Assembly (NCBI RefSeq): GCF_026210795.1
Contig: NC_089430.1
Location: 2,418,001-2,482,000, forward strand
Origin: Rhizophagus irregularis
Taxonomy: Eukaryota
Length of the DNA: 64,000 nucleotides
Direction of reading: 5' to 3'
Each line of letters begins with the position of its first letter. Position 1 is the first letter of the stretch. Below are positions 1 through 14,656 of the stretch, piece after piece. Made by a program: the position numbers and the translations under genes. The notes under the pieces are model-generated. The model did no database searches. It saw only the letters and a list, made by a program, of their open reading frames with translations, and was not told the DNA's origin.

Positions 1-16
1 CAAAAGATATACGTAC

Positions 17-1559
<1,543 letters not shown>

Positions 1560-1883
1560 CTTGTCAAATACTTTCAAATACCTTCAATTAAAAAAAAATA
1601 TCTTTATTAATAGTAACGAAAGAAAGACTATATATATTATCGAAACATTGTTTTGTTGATTTTTTGGAGTAATGATCATCGTGCACTGTAACATAAAATA
1701 TTTTCGGTCATAATTCCGCCCAAAATATTTTTACTACACAGTGTTTTACGTATATTAATTAGATATCAGATATTGTAAAATATTTATAAATTTATCATTT
1801 ATATTTTTTATTATTATTGCTGAAAAACATTATACAGGAAGTATTAACTATACAAAATAAATTTAAAGAATGATTATAATAAT

Positions 1884-4800
1884 TTAGTCTTCAGCATCAC
1901 TTTGGTATGGAGTTGGTTGCCATATTTCAACTTCATTAGGAGCCAATGGACCTAGGATCTCATCGGGCCAGCAATAAGTTGTATCTTTATCATCATCTAA
2001 TGTAACAGTTTCCATTTTCCTTTCTATATCATCATTGTTATAAGATAACTTGTATCCGTTAGTTTTAAAACTTTGTTCAAATGTTTTTATATCTGTTGAA
2101 GTAAGATTCTCCCATTCGAGCGAGGTGAAAGGGTCTCGTCCTTCGATCGGTGGTGTAATAGGGGTATCCCATTCTGATCCATCACCCGCAGTAGGAAAAG
2201 CAAGGGAGATATCATCATTGTAATATTCATCTACAATATCTAGATGAGGTTTTGTGAGAGAGAAGCTGTATACTTCGTCTTGAAGCCATTGTTCCCAATT
2301 TGACAAAAACGATTCATCTAACATGATATCATCTGTAATGTAAGCTGAGTTTACGTAATTTAAAGGTTTCGTGTGATATGGAGGGAATATATCAGGCGAA
2401 TTCCTGCTGTTATCATAAAGAAATCCATTTTGATAATCACGTGTCATATAATTTCTTTCATTATAAAACTTAATTAATGCTCGAAGGTTTTGTTCTTGGG
2501 GCTATTAAATAAAAGCTATCAATTAACAAAATTAACAAATTAGATTAATTGAGTATTATTACTAACCAGAGCATCTTCAATTTCAGCATCTGCGTCAGAT
2601 GACGCAATCCATTCGTCTCGTAAGTCTGGCCGGCAATGCAAATATATAGAAGTAATTATTTTCATATTGCCTGTTGTTGATAAATGATATTATTTTTATA
2701 TTCAATTAAAAATATTAAATAATAATTTTATAAATAAAGGGCCATACTTTGACGCCACTTTCTACCAATAAATGGAATTTGATTCTTTAGAACTTTCAAA
2801 GCATATAGTTCTAATAAAGGATGTGATACTTTTAAAATTCTTTTTAATATAGCCTATAATATTTTGAAGCAAGTCTGCATTATTAAACAAAAATTGCTAA
2901 AGTAGATTATATAATTATAAATACTTACAGAAGATTTATACTGCACCAATAATAATATTCTGTGCGTCTTTTTTTTGGTTAATTTTTGTAAAATACGCAA
3001 GAAATTTATTGCGGAAAAAAAATTTCGCCAACAATAATCTGAATCCACAATGGCATCATTATTGTCATTATTATCATCTAAATTTGAATCATCCATCCGT
3101 TTATTGTCGTTAAGAATATTTATATTCTTGTTGTCTGATAAATTATTATCAAATGTCTTTCCTGATTTATGTTTATCATTGTTAATATTTGAACAATACC
3201 GAAAGAAACTTAACAATTATTAAATAGAAGATTTTTCGTTATTTAAATGATGTTAAATATTCAATTTGTAACACATTATTAATTCAATTACACTTACTTC
3301 AAGTCATCAACTTCATTTTTAGCTTTTATAGTCAAGCTTACATCTTGTAAGCCAAACATTTTTAAAATTAAAAGCAAGCAGTTAGAGTCAACTAATAATT
3401 GTGAAACATATTCAAATTTTAAAATATCTATAAATTTTTTTTTATTAAGAATAAAACTTTTGACTAATTTATTAGAAATTTTTATTTCACTAAAAAAAAG
3501 GATACGAGACAATTTCAAATGTTTTAGCATTAACAGCAATATTGCTGAAACAGCCTTAGATGTGATTTCTCGATGTCTCGTAACATCAATTTCTTCAATA
3601 CTACTTCCGCCCGGTGAAGAGTCGCTATTACCGTCGGAAGATGAACATACTAAAATAGATTCAAAAGTCACAAATTAGCCCATGCGACAAGAAAACATTT
3701 CTATTTTTTAAACGAACCATTATTCGTTGCGCTCTCCTTCGCGATGTTATCACTATTATCATTTACTTTGACATTATTTGGATTGGATGAAACAGTTGCA
3801 AGCAATAATTTGAGCAGCACGATAACAATATTTTGCATATGCGGTAAAATCGACCTCTAATTGCAAGAGATAAAATTAAGGAGGTAAAACAATTGGTGGT
3901 TTTATACATAAAATTAAAAATTAAAAGGATACATAAAGGAGTTCAATCCTATCCAATTTTTCTCTATCTTTTTTTGTCACTTGTGCTTCCATATCACTTC
4001 CGGTTGACATTTCCTTTTCACAGTTAATCATATTTTTTTCATCATATAAAGTCTCATTATTGGTGAGACCAAACTGTTGTTTTTTCATCTCTTCTTTCTC
4101 TTTCCAACATTGGAAAGTCCCTAAACTTGTATACATAAACTTCAAATACAAATCTCCCGCCTCTTGTATTGATTTTGGTACTGTCGGTGTAGATTTTGAG
4201 AATGGAAAAATAAAAGGTTGTCGTTGATTTGTTTGAAATTGTTGTTTACGTGATTTAGACGAGTTACTATTTGTAGTGCTGTTGTTTGAAGAGCTATTTT
4301 GCGTTGACATATCATTACTATTAACATTAGAAGGAAACTGGTTAGTAGTAATAGGAGGCATAGGAATAACAGGACAAGGAGGTGGTACGTATGTTGGATA
4401 TTTTTGGGTAACTTCATTTTGAAAAGTATGATAATCAATTGGAGTAGTTTTTATTAAGAATTCTACAAAGAATATAAAGAAATAGCTATAAGTTTAGTTC
4501 CAGATACGTTATTAAATTTCATATATAACATTACCTTTATTATGAATAGGAGCCAAACCATTTATTAACCTAACCACATCTTTTAATTTTTGGATATCAT
4601 TTGACCCACCAAGACTTACTAAAACAACTTTCCATGATAAAAGAAGTAACTTCAGATTTATTTAAAACATTGATCGGTTAGATAATTTTTTATTTAAAAA
4701 ATCATTTTTTTATAATCAATAGCATACATTTACCTTTTTAACTGGATATCCTTTGGCATTCTTTTCTTTTTCTCGCAATGATGCGATGATTTCAAAAAGG

Positions 4801-5845
4801 AACACTGACATTGGCGGATCAAGTTCAACTTCAATTAATTGAGATTAATTGAGTTAATAGTGATTTCTTAACCATTATTATACAAAAATTCACTCAAATT
4901 AAGAACAAACCAAGCTCAGAGCCAAATGAATCGTCTCCGCGATGGACTTCAACTAACATATATAATAATGTTAAACAGAATCCTATCTCAGTATTTATAT
5001 CATCAATATAAGCTTGCCGGTCTGAAATGAAATCTGGTCGACTATATATATATATATATTACGATTTAAGATTAATTGAAAATAACTAAAGTCAAGGAAA
5101 AATATAAATTGAAAACAAAACCTATAATGATCATGTGCACGACAGGCCAATTTCAAGGCTTGAAAGTAAGATAGTAGAGCCCCACACTTCCGTAGCAATT
5201 TATTATTTTCAACTATCAATTCGAGGTGATGTTCTGGAGACGTCGATTCTCCAAATGTTCCTAATTTTTAAATTATTTATGGTATAAATTTGAGTTTGGA
5301 TAATTATAAGTTAACGGAATATAAAATAAGTTCATAAATTTAACCTTGAGCAATATATAACAATTTTTTTGCTGTTAAAAATCTCTTATCAGGATCTTTT
5401 AATTCCAAAGTTTCTAACAGGTATTCGATATAAGTACGGCGTTCAGATATTGTACAGGTAGCCCAAGCTAATACAAACAAAAAATTTGACTACTTATTTA
5501 AGAACATGAAAAAGATTTATTTCAAAATATTTACATTCGTCGAATCCTTCTTCAAATGCTTTTTTGTTTTCAATACATTGCGAAATTTCAACATAACTAT
5601 AAAATTCATCTATTTCACTGGAGAGATTATCATTATCGGCATAGATAAAGGCAATTTCTTTAGCCTATTCGTAGAAGTAATTAATTTAATGACTACAATA
5701 TAAATCAACTAACAAAAAGAAGTTTTTTTTTTACCTTTTGTTTGTTTGGGAATTGTTTTACAATTTTCCTTAATTGGCCCAGTGTTAATGAGTCATTAGG
5801 AACTTCGTCGTTTAATTCCTTTGAGGGGTCGACATCTATATTCAT
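1884..5845 (-). CDS. FAR11: STRIPAK subunit Far11/HAM-2/PRO22/STRIP (N1221-like + DUF3402), multi-exon
   Basis: Motifs DSLTLGQLRKIV, GYPVKK, RHREITSKAVSAILLLMLK, EYVSQLLVDSNCLLLILKMF, WRNFFSAINFLRILQKLTK, IYLHCRPDLRDEW. Many short GT-AG introns; ATG at 5845, stop at 1884-1886. Confidence 0.9.
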
Positions 5846-6137
5846 TTTTCAGCTTTTCTTTCGTTAAATTCGATGCTAAAATTTTCGGTAACAAATCCCA
5901 CATTTTTAATATTTCGTGTAACAGTAATCACATGATAATAATTCCCAAAATAAATGTAGTCACATGATCGGAATTCTTTTCACAGATCTTCATACTTCTC
6001 GAAATATTACGTTGTAATGTATATGTAAGCTTAAGAAAATTACAAATGTCATTATTTTTTTAAAATATATTTTAACATTTTTTTTTATTTTTTTTTTGGC
6101 AAATACTTTTCAGAGAAACTGTGTTTAAAAAACTCGG

Positions 6138-6823
6138 ATGGAGTTACCAGACTTGGGCCGTCATTGTGCTAATCCTGCATGCAAGCAACTGGATTACCTT
6201 CCTTTCAAATGTCAATATTGTAAACAAGAATATTGCGACGAACATTCGAACACAAAGGATCATAATTGTCCAAATGCACCAAGTGGTGACGGAGAACGTG
6301 TACCTGTTTGTCCCGTCTGTAATGTTCCTGTTCCTGTCAGTCGTGGAGAAGACCCGAATATTAGAGTGCGTTTATATATACGTTTTTAATGAAGTAATAA
6401 GTTTATAATTTTAATATAAATTACTTTTTATATTTTCTCTTATAGATGGACTGGCATATAGCTAATGACTGCCGTCCTCCACCAAAAACAACTTCTTCTA
6501 AACCATTCAATGCGTGTTCTTTTGTTAAATGTAAAACAAGAACTCCTGTTCCGCTGATTTGCTCAGACTGTGGTAAAAATTATTGTATCAAGCATCGTCT
6601 GGGACTTGACCATAATTGTGATAAGGTAAAAAAGGATAACAAAATTAGTAATCTTTCAAAATTTGAGGCTTCGTTCGCAAAGTCATCAACGGCATCTACG
6701 TCAAAGTTGATGTCGACATCCAAACAACCAAAGCCAATACCTATAACTCCGACAATACCTATAACGGCTTCAAAATCATCAAAAAATTCAATAAAAAACT
6801 GGATGGGAAAACTTTTTAAGTGA
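6138..6823 (+). CDS. AN1-type zinc finger protein (ZFAND2/AIRAP-like); exons 6138-6365 and 6446-6823
   Basis: MELPDLGRHC...CKQLDYLPFKC...C..H, VPVCPVCNVPVPV, and a second AN1 finger C..C.KNYCIKHR...DHNC. The intron 6366-6445 (GT..AG) keeps frame. Confidence 0.9.
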
Positions 6824-7153
6824 TTATTTTTACATAGAACTTTTTTTCCGTTTTAAGGTCAATTTTCATTATTAATTAGCATTATAAATTATTAGAGATA
6901 GAATATTCAGATATCTGAAACATTAAATATATTATTATGCCTATATACACATTTATATCTACAAAGGCAAAATCATAGTATTATGTAAATTATTTGTTTT
7001 AAATTATTTTAATTTCTTAATTGCGACATATATATTGGTACATTTTTTTGAAACCGAATAAAATTTTATTTCAGCCCGATTTTCTGTTTTAAATGGAAAT
7101 CTATAAATGCTTAATTCTATAAATGCTTATTAAGACAAACTTTAGAAAAACAA

Positions 7154-9723
7154 TTATTCCCATTCATAACTTTCGCTTTCATCAATCATTCCAGGTAGCG
7201 TTTCGTCCATCAATTGTGTCATATCAAATCTAACCGAACGGACTGACCTTGAAATTGAAGCAGATTCAGATTTTAAAGCAGATTTAGGTGGCGTCCGCGT
7301 GATTTCTTTTTTAGGTTTGAACCCTTCTTTTTCCATGGCATTCACGGGATCATGTACACTGTGTATAGTCCCAACGCCTTCTTCTTTTGAACATTGTAGG
7401 GGAGGTGCATTAGTTAATGGACTATCTCCTTCATTTGCAACATGGTTGACTATATCACTTGTTAATATATCGTGTGGTCCCATTTCCGGTAACTTCGTAG
7501 CAGAACTATGTTTCTTATATAATTTTGTCATCAATTTTGGTTCTCTTTCCATATCGACAAGCTTCAGAGTAGTATCTTGCAGTTTATTAAATTCAATCGG
7601 TTGAGCAGATCTTTTTGTAGCGATTTTAGAGCTTGAAGAAAATTCTACGTTTCAATTGTAATATTATAAATCAACAATATTAGTGATATTGTTAAAAGTT
7701 ACAATCCATTATTTATGCATACCATTTCCAAACTTAAATTCAACCATTACTTTATCATCAATTTGATCATCAAATATGTCGTGTTTAAAATTAAAAGATG
7801 GTACTTTGAGCATGACAAACATTTTTCGACTTAAATTTAGATAATAGTTCGTTAGAAATTTTATGCACCTCAATCAATTAAAGATAAATACATATTATAT
7901 TAATATACCCTTCGATATCTTCGTCATAACCTAACGTCAAAGGCCACCTATTATTTTTAAATAGTCGTAATTGAAAAAGTATTTCATCAATTTTTAAAAT
8001 GAATGACAAATAACATTCACCTGAGATCTTCACGTAATGACCTGATCGATTTATTTATTTCATTTAAACGCGTTCGCAACAAATTTTTGAGCGAAGAAAG
8101 ACTTCTTGTTTGTTCCTGTTGTGCCGACAGATATCCTTCAAGTTTATTTAAAGTGCAAGATAGATCCTCGTTCTTGAATTTATCATATTTATTTTTAATT
8201 AATGTTTTCAAAGAGAATCTCCATAATATTAATAAAGATTTAAGATCTTTTTTTCCCCCTTGGCAAGGATTTATTTGTTCCTGAATAATTCATAAAATTA
8301 CGATTAAAAATCCTGAAAATAATAGAAATAACAAGTAATTTAATTACGTACTTTCTGAAAAAATCTTTCCCAAATAGTCATCATAACGTCAGGAACTTCT
8401 AATAATAATTCCTGTCCGTCTAATCTATACTTATTTGCACGATCATAAATGATGTCTTCAATACTATCTATTTATTATTATTTGTTTATTAATGTATATT
8501 CCATTACGATTTTCAATTCACAACCTAAAAAACATCATGACATCATACCAATAAAATTTTGATTGTTTTTAATCCAAGACAAGCACAGATTCCATGTTAA
8601 ACGAACATTCTCTAGTTTTTGTAATCTTATCAAAGAGATTTGTTCTATCGATAAATTATCAAATGTCTCAAGGACCAATTTCCCTTTATAAAATTCAGAT
8701 ATATCTCTCTCCAATTGGTTCTATAGGATTTTTTGAAAATTAAAATAACAAATTATTTGATATAAATATGAATAAAACAAATAAATACTTTTCTTTCCGT
8801 GATATCGTGTAAACGATCTGTCAGGATATTAGCTAAATTTTTCCAACGTTCTTGGCAATCTAATCGTTCTTGTGTCTCGGTTATAAATTTATCCGTTTGT
8901 ATTTTTATATGAACCTATTTAACCATCATTAGAATAGAAACGGTAGAAGAGCATTCTTAAGTACAAATAAATACCTTTAATATTGTTTTTAATAAATCCG
9001 GAGCCGATTCCTTTAAAATTTTAAAATTAATAGGAAATACTTTAAAGTATATGAAGAACATTAAAGAAAAGCATTAATTTTTTCCTCATTTTACGCCTAA
9101 AAGAATAAAAGTTTCATTCTCACCTTGGCAATAGTTTTGATATTCCCTATCTAAAGATACTCTAATAACATAATTCGAGAATGCCATTATAACACGTTCA
9201 AACCTATCATTAAAGATTATATTTAATAAAAAAAAATGGAAGCTAGTGAGTAACACTTCCTTGAATTTACCTTTCACCTTGACACTCATCAAATGCACTT
9301 CGTCTCAGTATAATATCTGTATATCCTAAACATCCCTCCTTTTTTAACTTTTCTAACCATTTGTAAGCAATGTTGCGAAATTTTACTGAAGTTGCAAGAG
9401 AAGTAACCGGCCAACATTCAAAAAAATTCTACATATAATTTATATTATTTAATATTCATAGTCTGCTATCGGAAAGCTAATAAAAATACTGAAGTGCTTA
9501 CGTCCTTTGTCTGCGTACTATCCAATTCATTAAATAAAAACCAAACTATTAGTTCCATAGCTTTAACGGAGCTTGGCCCTTTCGTGAATACGTCTTTATT
9601 AAAAACTATAGCTGAATATGAAGTATGAACCGAAGGGTCGAAGCCTAAAAGCATTAAATTAGTCCAAAAAATGGACTTTGGACATAACGGGTTCGTAAAG
9701 ATATAACTGCTCGCTGTTGTCAT
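7154..9723 (-). CDS. HAUS6: Augmin/HAUS complex subunit 6-like protein, multi-exon
   Basis: N-terminus FWTNLMLLGFDP...KAMELIVWFLF...CWPV...FRNIAYKWLEKLKK...RRSAFDECQGERFERVIMAFS matches my recollection of the HAUS6 N-terminal family pattern. Coiled-coil and low-complexity C-terminus. Confidence 0.8.
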
Positions 9724-10225
9724 GAGGTGATTTATATAAATATAATGTGTTCGATATTCGATACAAGTAAAGAAAACGTCGCGAATTTCAAAAATTTTTC
9801 GCGACTTCGTATTATTCACGTGATTACCGTACCACATTGCATTTACCACGGCCTGCCGGGCCTACATTACAAAGAATTAGCTGGATTCCTTGGGTATACG
9901 TACGAACTGGCCGGAGTTAACGTTAACGCTATCACGTGCAAATGCATACATATAACACTGGGTGTCTAATAGTGAAGATTTTTTTATGCAAAATTTTGAA
10001 ACTTTCATTTATTAATAAATTATTAATTAAAATTGCTTTTGCAAAAAATTTAATTTTTTAAATTCTTTATAGATTTTATAACTTTTGATAATATTAAATG
10101 TAATTCTTTAGACATTTTTCTATTAAATTATAACTATGAATTTTTAAAATTTATCAATTTCATTTATTTTTGCCAGATAAGAAAACTATTCAAAATATCT
10201 TATACTTGTTCATTTTCTAACTTTA

Positions 10226-10560
10226 CCATATAGTGCTGCATATATATAGTACCTCCAGTACTATTTAAGAAAGTCCACTTAGATTGAATAATACTCGGAT
10301 GATACTATAGGAGAAGGTACTATTAAAAGGAGGTATATTGAAGGGGGGGTACATTGATTTTATTATAATTAAATAAATTAGTACATACATTTTGACTAGT
10401 TTTAAGTCAGAATATGATTAGTATCTGGGTACTATTCAAAATTGAATTTTGATTAGTACCGGAGTATTTTTAAAAAATACCTAAATGTGAATTTAAATAA
10501 TACCCTGATACTATTTGAAGGGGTATTATTACAAGGGGTACTGTATGCAGCGCTATACGG
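10226..10560. mobile_element. Tc1/mariner-type MITE
   Basis: Imperfect TIRs CC(A/G)TATAG(T/C)GCTGCATA... at both ends, flanked by TA; non-coding. Confidence 0.7.
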
Positions 10561-10632
10561 TACACTACTACTATTAGAATTTATTTTTTCAATTTTACCA
10601 TTTAAACCAGAAATCTGAAGTCATGCTTATTA

Positions 10633-11153
10633 CATCAGGAAATTTGTTTAGGCGTAATTTAGTGTAATATTTCGGAGGTGGTGTAAAATTTCGAAATATT
10701 ACACTAAAAACGTAATATTAAAAAAGTTTACGCTCTTAAATTTGAATAATTATCGTAATTTAAGAATATCTCCTATCTACTGATCCAATCAAGACGATCT
10801 ATAGCTCATTGGAATCAGCTCATCAAGACGAATCGAATGGTAGTAAAATCGCATTTCTACAGTTGATAGAACGCTTTATAGTATGCAATAAAGTTTTAAA
10901 TTAATAGAAAGTCATCTATCATATGTAGAGATATGATGTTACTACCATTCGATTCGTCTTGATGAGCTGATTCCAATGAGCTATAGATCGTCTTGATTGG
11001 ATCAGTAGATAGCGAGATATTCTTAAATTACTATTATTATTCAAATTTAAGAGTGTAAACTTTTGTAATATTACGTTTTTAGTGTAATATTTCGAAATTT
11101 TACATCACCTCTGAAATATTACACTAAATTACGCCTAAACAAATTTCCTGATG
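10633..11153. mobile_element. Foldback MITE with ~220-bp TIRs
   Basis: Begins CATCAGGAAATTTGTTTAGGCGTAATTTAG and ends CTAAATTACGCCTAAACAAATTTCCTGATG; TA on both sides. Confidence 0.9.
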
Positions 11154-11690
11154 TAAAGTTCTATGCTTATATTTAAATCTACCTTAATGTTATAGCAATT
11201 AAATAAACCTTTAAATTGTTGTTAATAAATTACAACACTATAAATTTGATACTTTATAAATTCATAAACTAATAGAAATTATTTCCATAGTTCTTTCCTA
11301 TTTGAGCTTGCAAAACTATCAAATTATTCAAAAAAATCTTGGTCAGATAATGCTTCAAGCAACCCAAATATATTTTTATTATTATTTATTATATCTTCTT
11401 GCAAAGATTTAATGTATAATTTCTCTTGTAAAATAAGATAATTCAATTCAGATTGAAAATAAAATACATGTAAAAATATGCAAGTATAATCTAATTTATA
11501 ATTACTATCCAATCTGCAAACACTTAATAGTAAATGGATTCAAACTTTTATCCACTTCACAAATCCATTTAATGCATATTCAACTCCAGATTTTAAAGAT
11601 TCACACAATTCATTAAAAACATCTATAAGTAAAAGATTTTTTGTCTTATATAATTTTTTGCCAAAAATATCAAATATACTGTTGATACTA

Positions 11691-12649
11691 CAGTCAACTC
11701 TCTTTATAGTCACACACTTGGACAGTCCATATTTGGTGATTATAAAGAGATGTGACTATATAAAAAATTTCTTATATTAGTATATCATAATTCCGGCCAA
11801 AAATTAATATAATTTTAGCCAAAATTATACTCAAAACTTTATTGTATCGTACCTCCGCCAATATTAATTGTAGAGAGATGATCTTACCGCCATTCGATTC
11901 GTCTTGATGAGACGGTTCTAATGGTATAAAATACATTGAAATCCAATCACTAGATTAATTTCCGAAATTAAAAAAATATTAATGGTTTTTGTGTAATAAC
12001 TCTGCCAATATTGATCCTAGAGAGACGATTTTACCGCCATTCGATTCGTCTTGATGAGACAGTTCTAATGGTATAAGATACATCGAAATCCAATCACTAG
12101 ATCAATTTCCGAAATTAAAAAATATTAAATGGTTTTTAAGTAGTAACTCCGTCAATATTGATCACAGAGAGATGAGCTTACCACCATTCGATTCGTCTTG
12201 ATGAGGCGATTCCAACGAGCTATTAATCGCCTTTTTTCAATCACTAGGTACTGAGAAATTTAGCAAAATGTTAAATGGCGCAGTAAACGTAAATCAAGAA
12301 ATATAATAATGCCGATGCTTAACATTTTGTTGAATAACTCATCAGCCAGTGATCGCAAAAGGATAAAACTACCACCATTCGATTCATCTCAGTGAGACGA
12401 TTCTAACAAGCTATGATACATCTTTGTACGATTATTAGATGCCAAGTTATTTAATATATTTTTTATATAACTGTGATTATAAACGGTTTTTTTTAATATA
12501 AGATTTTTAGGATAAGTGTGATAGTGACTATAGATAGATTGTGACTATATAGGATAGTTTTTAATAATAAAGTGTTTTGAACATTCAACTGGTGTGACTA
12601 TATAGTAGAATGTGACTATAACAGGAGTGACTATAGCGGGAGTTGACTG
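11691..12649. mobile_element. pogo/mariner-like non-autonomous element, copy 1
   Basis: TIR CAGTCAACTC...GAGTTGACTG, TA TSD, subterminal GTGACTATA repeats and four internal CCATTCGATTC(G/A)TC repeats. Confidence 0.9.
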
Positions 12650-14656
12650 TATTTCAAAGTTTTTCTATTTATATTGATACTATATTTAACATTTCATGTA
12701 TCTGATTTTCAGCAGAAAGATATTCTAATCCATTTGGACTGTAAATCTAAGAAATTGAATTGTAACTAGTTAAAAATTAATAAATTAGTTTATAAAATTT
12801 TTCTTTAAATTTAACAAGATAACAAATTTGTAAATTTAATTGTATATTGTTTATCTATTTATTAAATACTTTCCACTTTTGAAGATAACTTTTAGGAATA
12901 TTACTTGCCATATTTAATTTTTCCAAAAAGTATTAAATGAATTGTTTGTAAATTTCACATCATTCAAGATACTGTTTTGCAGTTTTTAATTCATATAGCC
13001 ATCTTTGTTAAATTAGTTATTGATATTTGATAAGTTTATAATTAAAAACAGTTTTATATAGATTGTAAATAAATTATCTTTGTCATTTAAACTATAATTA
13101 TTATGTAAATAAAAGCTAAATTAAAAATATTATATAGATGTTCTTTCAATAATAGACTCTTCATTACATCTACTTTTTTAAAAGAAGCATTTTCAAAATT
13201 TATTAGAGTAATATAGGTTGTAAAACTAAAACTTAATATCTAGCAAAACTTCTAAAACTTGGTAAAACTAATAAAAATACTTGCTATGAAACTATTTTTT
13301 ATAATAAACTTAATTGCCTAAACTGTTTTTATGCTTTTCTAAAATTAATTATAGTTTAAGAAAGTTTCAGTTAAAAATAAAGTTTTTGAATTTTTAGATT
13401 TTTAAATTTTATTGTTAAATAAGTTTTAGGCAGCAACACTAAAAACTGGTTTCGAAAAATGTACAAAATTCTGAAACTAGTAAAACAAAAGTAAATCACA
13501 TTTTACATGAATTTTTGATATTTTTAGACTAAATTTTTTTTGCAAATCATCAAATTTAGGTTAAAATGTATCTCAACGCATAAAAATTTGGTGTTAATAT
13601 CATTTATTACAGTTTATATTTATATATAAAATTATAAAAATAAAGTAAATCACTTTTTTACATGAATTTTTAATATTTTTGGGTTAAATTTTTTTGTGAA
13701 TCATCAAATTTAAGACAAAATATATATTAATACAAAATTTCAGCATATATTTTATATAAAAATTTGAACTTTTTCCATGTTAATATCATTTATTACAGTT
13801 ATTTATACTGGTAAAAAAAATGATCTATTCTACATATAATCTTACATATATCGGGCTCAAAATGTAGAAAATTTTACATATATCATACACATCGAGTTCT
13901 TACATATATATCATACATATATCAGATATCTGTCACAATTTTTGTTACTCAAAATTGTTTTGTAATACCAAAAATTCATCTGATTGATGATCACTTGACT
14001 AAATAATAAGTTGAACAAAATTTACATTTACGAAACTTAAATTACTAAATGTAAAAAAGCTGTGAAAAAACCCATTTTTCATATATATGGAATTTTTAAC
14101 ATATATTATTAAAAAGTAAGTATATTTTAATAAAATATAAAGTAAAATAAAAATTTATATAGCCTTAGTAGCTATAAATGTTTATAAAAGTATAATAAAA
14201 ATATCATATAAAAGATGGTATCATAATAGATATTTTCAAACAATAAAAATAATTATTTTATATCAGAGTTTGTATTACCATCTTTAAACGCAAATATATC
14301 AAGATTCACTGATCCGTTTTCTATAATTTTAGGCTCGTTGGAAAGCCCTTGTTCTGGACTTTATAGGCGAAAAAAGAGCTCGCCAATTGAATTATTAGAT
14401 TCAGAGATATTTACGTTTAAAGTTGAGGTACGAACTTTTTAACATGCTTAAATGCAAATGTCTTGGGATCCACTGATCTATTATGTATAAATTTAGGCTC
14501 TTTGAAAAGCTCTTAATCTGGTTTATATGAACGAAAAAAGAGCTTGCCAATTGGATTACTGGATCTGGAAATATTTACGTTTTAAGTTAAGATATAAATT
14601 TTTAACATATATAAATTATATTAATTTAAAAGAAATATTTACCAAATTATAGTATA

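Noticed and set aside
10940..10990. TTGATGAG resembling a hammerhead ribozyme core
   Set aside because: It reads UUGAUGA rather than CUGAUGA, and I found no correctly placed GAAA or three-stem junction.
11300..13250. Possible degenerate gene on the minus strand around the MITE
   Set aside because: Coding-like patches exist but are too decayed to assign a product or boundaries.
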